Part shown: positions 56,001 through 64,000 of the stretch, piece by piece
Layout of the letters: the number at the start of each line of letters is the position of its first letter
How positions within the stretch are numbered: position 1 is the stretch's first letter
Source of the DNA: the human T2T-CHM13v2.0 reference genome, Homo sapiens
DNA: 64,000 bases
Strand: one strand, 5' to 3'
Assembly: GCF_009914755.1 (NCBI RefSeq)
Contig: NC_060941.1
Program-made: the position numbers and the translations under genes
The notes under the pieces: generated by a model
Told to the model about the DNA's origin: nothing
Seen by the model: the letters and a program-made list of their open reading frames with translations, nothing else
Database searches by the model: none

Positions 56001-59000
56001 ACATTCCAGTTGTTTCAATTCCATTCTGTTCCATTTGGATCCATTCCATTCCATTCCATTCAATTCCATTCCTTAACATTCCAGGTGATTCATTTCCATT
56101 CTATTCCATTCCATTCCATTCCATACAATTCCATTCCATTCCATTCCAATTGATTCCATTCCATTCCCTTCCAATCCATTGCATTCCATTCCATTCCATT
56201 ACATTCCACTCCACTCCGATTGATACAATTCCATTCTATTCCATTCCATTCCATTCCATTTAATTCCATTCCATTCCATTCCATTCCACTTGGGTTGAAT
56301 TCATTCCACTCCATTCCATTCCATTCCATACCGTTCCATTCAACTCTTGTTGTATCCATTCCATTCCATTCCAATCCATTCCATTCCATTCCATTACACT
56401 CGAATTGATAGAATTCCATTTTATTCCATTCCTTTCCATTTCATTCCTCTCCATTCCCTTACATTCCGTTCCACTCAGGTAGATTCCATTTCATTCCATT
56501 CCGTTCTATTCCATTCCAATCCATTCCATTCCATTCCATTCCATTCGATTCTGTTCCATTCCATTCCATTTCCACTCGGATTGATTCCATTCCATTCAAT
56601 TCCATTCCAATTGGATTGATTCCATTCAATTCCATTCCACTCCATTCCATTCCATTCCATTCCATTCCATTCCAGTTGATTCAAATCCATTCTATTGCAC
56701 GCCATTCCATTCCATTCCATTCCTTTGCATTCCACTCTGTTTGATTCCATTCCATTCCATTCTATTGCATTGCACTGCTTTCCCTTCCATTCCATTCCAT
56801 TACATTCCAGTTGATTCAGTTCCTTCCTATTGCATTCCATTCCATTTCATTCCATTATGTTCCTGTTAATTCCATTCCATTCTATTCCATACCATTCCAC
56901 TCCATTCCACTCGGATTGATTCATTTCCATTCCATTCCTTTCCCTTCCACTCCACTCCATTCCATTCCATTCCATTTCATTCCATTCCACTCCACTCTGT
57001 TTGATTCCATTCCATGCCATTCCATTCCATTCCAGTTGATTCAATTCCATACTATTGTATTGTTTTCTATTCTATTTGATTCCATTCCATTCCATTCCTC
57101 TCAGATGGATTCAATTCCATTCCATTCCATTCCGTTCCGTTCCATTCCATTCGTGTTGTTACCATTCCACTCCATTCCATTCCACTCGAATTCACTCCAT
57201 TCCTCTCCATGTCACTCGAATTGATTCAATTCCATTCTAACCCATTCCATTCCACTCCATTCCATTCGATAACATTACATTTCACTGAGTTTGATTCAAC
57301 TCCATTCCATTCCATTCCATTCCATTCCATTCCATTCCTTTCTATTACACGGCGGTTGATTCCATTCCATTCCCTTCCATTCCATTCCACTCGAATGGAT
57401 TCAATTCCATTCTGTTCCATTCCATTCCATTCCATTGCATTCCATTCTACTCGGGTTGATTCCATTCCATTCCATTCCATTCCATTCCATTCCATTCCAT
57501 TCCATTCCATTCCATTCCACTAGGGTTGATTTCCTTGCATTCCATTCGAATCCATTCCATTCCATTCCACTCGGGTTGATTCCATTCCATTTCATTTCTT
57601 TCCATTCCATTCCATTCCATTCCATTCCATTCCATTTCACTCGGGTTGATTCAATTCCATTCTATTCCAATCCATTCCATTCCATTCCATTCTAGTCGGG
57701 TTGATTCCAGTCCATTCCATTCCATTCGATTTCAGTTGATTCTATTCCTTTCTATTCCATTCAATGCCATTCCATTCTATTCCATTACATTCCAGTTGAA
57801 TCCGTTATATTCCATTCCATTCCATTCCATTCCATTACACTCGGTTTGATTCCATTCCATTCCATTCCATTCCATTCCATTCCATTCCATTCCATTCCAT
57901 TCCATTCCAATACAGTTCATTCCATTCCATTCCATTCCAATCCATTCCAGTTTATTCCATTCCATTCCATTCCCTTCCATTCGATTCCATTCCATTCCAT
58001 TGCATACCATTCCTTTCCACTCAGATTGATTGAATGCCAATCTATTTCATTCCTTTCCATTCCATTCCACTCGGGTTGATTCCATTCCATTCCATTCCTT
58101 ACAATTCAAATCCATTCCGTTCCATTTGTTTCAATTCCATTCTATTCCATTTCACTCGATTCCATTCCATTCCATTCCAATCCATTCCATTCCTTTCCAC
58201 TCTGATTCCACTCCATTCCTTGCCATTCGCTTCCATTCCATCCCATTCCACTCTGGTTGATTCCTTTCTATTCCATTCCATTCCATTCATTTCCACTCCA
58301 TTCGATTCCACTCGTGTTGATTCCATTCCATTCCATTCCATTCCATTGCATTCCATTCCATTCAAGTTGATTCAATTCAATTCTATTCCATTCCATTCCA
58401 TTTCTTTCCATTTCATTCCATTCCATTCCACTTGGGTTGATTCAGTTCTATTCCATTCCATTAAATTCCATTCCACTTGGGTTGATTCAATTCCATTCTA
58501 TTCCGTTCCATCACACTCCATTCCATTACATTCTATTCCATTCCATTCCATTCCATTCCATTCCATTCCATTCCATTCCATTGCATTACAGTTGATTCCA
58601 TTCCATTCCATTCCATTCTATTCCATTCAATTCCATTCGAGTCCAGTTGATTCAATTCCATTCTATTCCACTCCATTCTATTCCATTTCATTCCATTAAA
58701 TTCCATTCCACTAGGCTTGATTCAGTTCTATTCCATTCCACTCCATTCCATTCCATTCCATTTCTTTCCATTTCATTCCATTCCATTCCACTCGGGTTGA
58801 CTCAATTCTATTCCATTCCATTAAATTCCATTCCACTTGAGTTGATTCAATTACATTCTATTCCGTTCCATCGCACTCCATTCCATTCCATTCCATTCCA
58901 TTCCATTCCATTCCATTGCATTACAGTTGATTCCATTCCATTCCATTCCATTCTATTCCATTCAATTCCATTGGAGTCCAGTTGATTCAATTCCATTCTA

Positions 59001-61500
59001 TTCCACTCCATTCTATTCCATTTCATTCAATTAAATTCCATTCTACTAGGCTTGATTCAATTCTATTCCATTCCATTCCATTCCATTCCATTCCATTCCA
59101 TTCCATTCCTTTAATTTCCTTTGCATTCCACTCGGGTTGATTCTATTCCACTCTATTCCATTCCATTCCACACCATTCCATTCTATTCCATTCCATTCCA
59201 CTCCAATCGGGTTCATCCAATTCCATTCTAATCCATTCCATTCCATTCCAACCCATTCCACTACAGTCGGGTTGACTGAATTCCATTCTATTCTTTTCCA
59301 TTCCTTTCCATTCCATTCCATTCCATTCCATTCCATTCCATTCCATTCCATTCCTTTCCGTTGCATTCCGTTCCATTCCAGTCCTATCCATTCCATTCCA
59401 TTGCATTCCACTCGGGTTGACTCCAATCCATTCCATTCCACGCCATTCCAATCCATTCCATTGCACTCGGTTTGATTCTATTCCATTCAATTCCATTCCA
59501 TTCCACACTATTGCATTCCATTCCATTCCATTCCAGTCTACTCGGGTTCATTCAATTCCATTCTATTCCATTGCTTTCCATTCCATTCCTTTGCATTCCA
59601 TTCCATTCCAAATCATTCCACTCCATTCGGGTTCACTCAATTCCATTCTATTCATTTCCATTCCATTCCTTTCCATTGCATTCCATTCCATTCCTTTCCA
59701 TTCCATTCCATTCCACTCGAATTGATTCATTTCCATTCCATTCCTTTCCATTCCACTCCACTCCATTCTATTCCATTCCATTCCACTCCACTCTGTTTGA
59801 TTCCATTCCATTCCACTCCATTCCATTCCAGTTGATTCAATTCCATACTATTGTATTCTTTTCTTTTCTATTTGATTCCATTCCATTCCATTCCTCTCGG
59901 ATGGATTCCATACCATTCCATTCCATTCCGTTCCATTCCATTCGTGTTGTTTCCATTCCATTCCATTCCATTCCATTCAAATTCATTCCATTCCTCTCCA
60001 TGTCAGTGGGATTGATTCAATGCCATTCTAACCCATTCCATTCCACTCCATTACATTTGATAACATTACATTCCACTCAGTTTGATTCAACTCAATTCCA
60101 TTCCATTCCATTCCTTTCTATTACACGGCGGTTGATTCCATTCCATTCCCTTCCATTCCATTCCACTCGAATGGATTCAATTCCATTCTGTTCCATTCTA
60201 TTCCATTCCATTCCGTTCCACTCGGGTTCATTCCTTTCCATTCCTTTCCATTCCATTCCACTAGGGTTGATTTCCTTGCATTCCATTCGAATCGATTCCA
60301 TTCCATTCCATTCCATTCCATTCCACTCGGGTTGATTACATTCCATTTCATTCCTTTCCATTCCATTCCATTCCATTCCACTCGGGTTGATTCAATTCCA
60401 TTCTATTCCAATCCATTCCGTTCCATTCCATTCCACTCAGGTTGATACCAGTCCATTCCATGCCATTCCATTCCATTCCATTCCATTCCATTCGATTTCA
60501 GTTGATTCTATTCCTTTCTATTCGATTAAATGCCATTCCATTCCATTCCATTACATTCCAATTAAAGCCGTTATATTCCATTCCATTCCATTCCACCCGG
60601 GTTCATTCCATTCTGTTGTATTCCATTCCATTCCATTTTATTCCATACCATTCCATTCCATTGCATTCCACTCGGGTTGATTCTATTCCATTCTGTTCCA
60701 TTGCATTCCATTCCGCTCCGTTCCATTCCATTGCATTCCACTCGGGTTGATTCAATTCCATTCTATTCCATTCCATTCCATTCCTTTCCATGCGAGTTGA
60801 TAAAATTCCATTCTATTTCTTTCCTTTCAATTCCATTCCATTCCATTCCACTCTGGTTGATTCCATTCCATTCCATGCCATTCTATTCCACTCGGTGTGA
60901 TTCCTTTCCATTCCATTCCCTTCCATTTCAATCCATTGCTTTCCTTTCCATTCCAATTAATACAATTCCATTCTATTCAATTCCATTCCTTTCCATTCCA
61001 TTCCATTCCATTCCAGTTGATTCCATTCCATTCCTTTCAATTCCATTCCATTCCATTCCATTCCATTCCATTCCATTCCATTCCATTCCACTCGGGTTGA
61101 TTCCATTCCATTCCAGTCCATTCCATTCCACTCGGATGGGTTCCATTCCATTCCATTCCATTCCATTCCATTCTTTTCCATTCCATTCCGTTCCACTCGG
61201 GTTGATTCCGTTCCAATCCATTCCATTCCAATCCATTCCTTTCCGTTCCATTCCATTCCATTCCATTCCATTCCGTTCCATTGCACTAGTTTTGTTTCCA
61301 TTCCAGTCCATTCCATTCCATTCAAATCCATTCCATTCCACTCCATTCCACTAGGATTGATTCAATTCCATTCTATTCCATTCCATTGCATTCCTTTCCA
61401 TTCCATTACAATGCATTCCACTCAAGTTGATTCCATTCCATTCCATTCCATTCCACTGCATTCCATTCTATTGCACTCCATTCCATTCCGTTCCACTGGT
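50020..61500 (-). repeat. Dispersed direct duplication ~50020-53340 / ~57835-61500
   Basis: TTACACTCGGTTTG...ATACAGTTCA (50021/57835), CCTTTAATTTCCTTTGC (~50973/~59108), CACACTATTGC (~51304/~59504), GCACTAGTTTTG (53113/61283), TTCCACTGGTGTTG (53331/61491). Confidence 0.85.
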
Positions 61501-64000
61501 GTTGATTCCATTCCATTCCATTCCTTACAATTCAAATCCATTCCGTTCCATTTGATTCAATTCCATTCTATTCCATTTCACTCGATTCCATTCCATTCCA
61601 TTCCAATCCATTCCATTCCTTTCCACTCTGTTTGATTCCATTCCATTCCTTGCCATTCGCTTCCATTCGATCCCATTCCATTCTGGTTGATTCCATTCCA
61701 TTCCATTCCATTCCATTCAGTTCCACTCCATTCGATTCCACTCGTGTTGATTCCATTCCATTCCATTCCATTGCATTCCATTCCATTCCAGTTGAATCAA
61801 TTCAATTCCATTCCATACCATTCCATTTCATTCCATTTCATTCCATTCCATTCCACTCGGGTTGATTCAGTTCTATTCCATTACATTAAATTCCATTCCA
61901 CTTGGTTTGATTCAATTCCATTCTATTCCATTCCATCGCACTCCATTCCATTCCATTCCATTCCATTCCATTCCATTCCATTCCATTCCGCTCCATTCCA
62001 TTGCATTCCACTCGCCTTGATTCCATTCTATTCTATTCTATTCCATTCCATTCCATTCCATTCCACTAGGTTTGATTCCATTCCATTCCATTCCATTCCA
62101 TTCCATTCCATTCCATTGCATTCCATTGCATTCCATTCCATTCCATTCCATTCCATTCCATTCCATTCCAATACAGTTCATTCCATTCCATTCCATTCCA
62201 TTTCTTTCCATTACATTCCATTCCATTCCACACGGGTTGATTCAGTTCTATTCCATTCCATTAAATTCCATTCCACTTGGGTTGATTCAATTCCATTCTA
62301 TTCCGTTCCATCGCACTCCATTCCATTCCATTCCATTCCATTCCATTCCATTCCATTCCACTCCATTCCATTCCATTCCATTCCATTCCATTCCATTCCA
62401 TTGCATTACAGTTGATTCCATTCCATTCCATTCCATTCCATTCCATTCCATTCCATTCTATTCCATTCGAGTCCAATAGATTCAATTCCATTCTATTCCA
62501 CTCCATTCTATTCCATTTCATTCAATTAAATTCCATTCCACTAGGCTTGATTCAATTCTATTCCATTCCATTCCACTCCATTCCATTCCACTAGGTTTGA
62601 TTCAATTCCATTCCCTTCCGTTCCAATCCATTGCATTCCGTTCCATTCTATTAATTTCCTTTGCATTCCACTCGGGTTGATTCTATTCCACTCTATTCCA
62701 TTCCATTCCACACCATTCCATTCTATTCATTCCATTCCAGTCCACTTGGGTTCATCCAATTCCATTCTAATCCATTCCATTCCATTCCAATCCATTCCAC
62801 TCCAGTCGGGTTGACTGAATTCCATTCTATTCATTTCCATTCCATTCCATTCCATTCCAATCCATTCCATTCCATTCCATTCCTTTCCGTTGCATTCCGT
62901 TCCATTCCAATCCTTTCCATTCCATTCCATTCCATTCCATTCCACTCGGGTTGACTCCATTCCATTCCATTCCAATCCATTCCGTTCCATTCCATTCCAC
63001 TCGGGTTGATACCAGTCCATTCCATTCCATTCCATTCCATTCCATTCCATTCGATTTCAGTTGATTCTATTCCTTTCTATTCCATTAAATGCCATTCCAT
63101 TCCATTGCATTTCATTCCAGTTAAATCCGTTATATTCCATTCCATTCCATTCCACCCGGGTTCATTCCATTCTGTTGTATTCCATTCCATTCCATTCTAT
63201 TCCATACCATTCCATTCCATGGCATTCCACTAGGGTTGATTCTATTCCATTCTGTTCCATTGCATTCCATTCCGCTCCGTTCCATTCCATTGCATTCCAC
63301 TCGGGTTGATTCAATTCCATTCTATTCCATTCCATTCCATTCCTTTCCACGCGAGTTGATAAAATTCCATTCTATTCCTTTCCTTTCAATTCCATTCCAT
63401 TCCATTCCACTCTGGTTGATTACATTCCATTCCATGCCGTTCTATTCCACTCGGTGTGATTCCTTTCCATTCCATTCCCTTCCATTTCAATCCATTGCTT
63501 TCCTTTCCAGTCCAATTAATAAAATTCCATTCTATTCGATTCCATTCCTTTCCATTCCATTCCATTCCATTCCATTCCAGTTGATTCCATTCCATTCCTT
63601 TCGATTCCATTCCATTCCATTCCATTCCATTCCACTCGGGTTGATTCCATTCCATTCCAGTCCATTCCATTCCACTCGGATGGGTTCCATTCCATTCCAT
63701 TCCATTCCGTTCCACTCGGGTTGATTCCGTTCCAATCGATTCCATTCCAATCCATTCCATTCCAATCCATTCCTTTCCGTTCCATTCCATTCCATTCCAT
63801 TCCATTCCATTCTATTCCGTTCCATTGCACTAGTTTTGTTTCCATTCCAGTCCATTCCATTCCATTCAAATCCATTCCATTCCACTCCATTCCACTAGGA
63901 TTGATTCAATTCCATTCTATTCCATTCCATTCCATTCCTTTCCATTCCATTAGAATGCATTCCACTCAAGTTGATTCCATTCCATTCCATTCCATTGCAT
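60380..64000 (-). repeat. Direct duplication ~60380-61460 / ~62960-64000, offset ~2.55 kb, truncated by the window end
   Basis: GTTGATACCAGTCC (60441/63005), TTCCGCTCCGTTCC (~60711/~63270), GAGTTGATAAAATTCC (~60794/~63353), ATGCATTCCACTCAAG (61411/63955). Confidence 0.85.

Larger units (their letters stand above)
13025..64000 (-). repeat. HSat3/SatIII-type satellite, right arm: (ATTCC)n on +, i.e. GGAAT on the - strand
   Basis: Continuous diverged ATTCC pentamers with interspersed ACTCGGGTTGAT and CAGTTGATTCAA. I saw no further strand switch or non-satellite insert. The array is open at the window end. Confidence 0.97.

Noticed and set aside
14-63890. Hundreds of ORFs up to 437 aa (MEWNG- and IPFHS-repeat peptides)
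   Set aside because: Pure GGAAT/ATTCC repeats have no stop codon in any frame. The ORFs overlap in all frames on both strands and are low-complexity translations with no gene structure.
1-64000. CRISPR-like pattern of recurring ATCAACCCGAGT with variable spacers
   Set aside because: The repeat is only ~10-12 bp, the spacers are variable-length satellite pentamers rather than unique sequences, and there are no cas genes or leader.
1-64000. HSat2, alpha satellite or telomeric repeat assignment
   Set aside because: No ATTCG/ATGATG-rich 23-26-bp HSat2 unit, no 171-bp monomer and no TTAGGG arrays; isolated TTAGGG/CTAGGG words are variants of CTCGGG.
1-64000. Embedded Alu, L1 or other insertion, including at the junction
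   Set aside because: No stretch departs from pentamer-derived sequence for more than ~20-30 bp; no poly(A) tail or target-site-duplication structure seen.

Overview
The whole 64 kb is one primate pericentromeric satellite array: human satellite 3 (HSat3/SatIII)-type diverged (GGAAT)n with the interspersed ATCAACCCGAGT motif and its derivatives. I found no unique sequence, gene, RNA gene, transposon or CRISPR array. All listed ORFs are translation artefacts of the pentamer (MEWNG/IPFHS). I found no new gene-based system; the interesting signal is structural. (1) There is a clean strand switch at ~13,025: GGAAT is on + to the left and on - to the right. (2) Diverged kb-scale blocks are shared in inverted orientation across the switch. 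(3) A 1,231-bp tandem duplication appears perfect. (4) Older tandem duplications of ~3.45, ~3.7 and ~5.7 kb occur, with a shuffled block mosaic in the right half. (5) Pure (TGTAA)n tracts occur in the left arm where the inverted paralog has only 1-3 such units. Block boundaries were mapped by eye from diagnostic variant words and the ORF track, so they are approximate unless stated. Species, chromosome and HSat3 subfamily cannot be fixed from the sequence alone.
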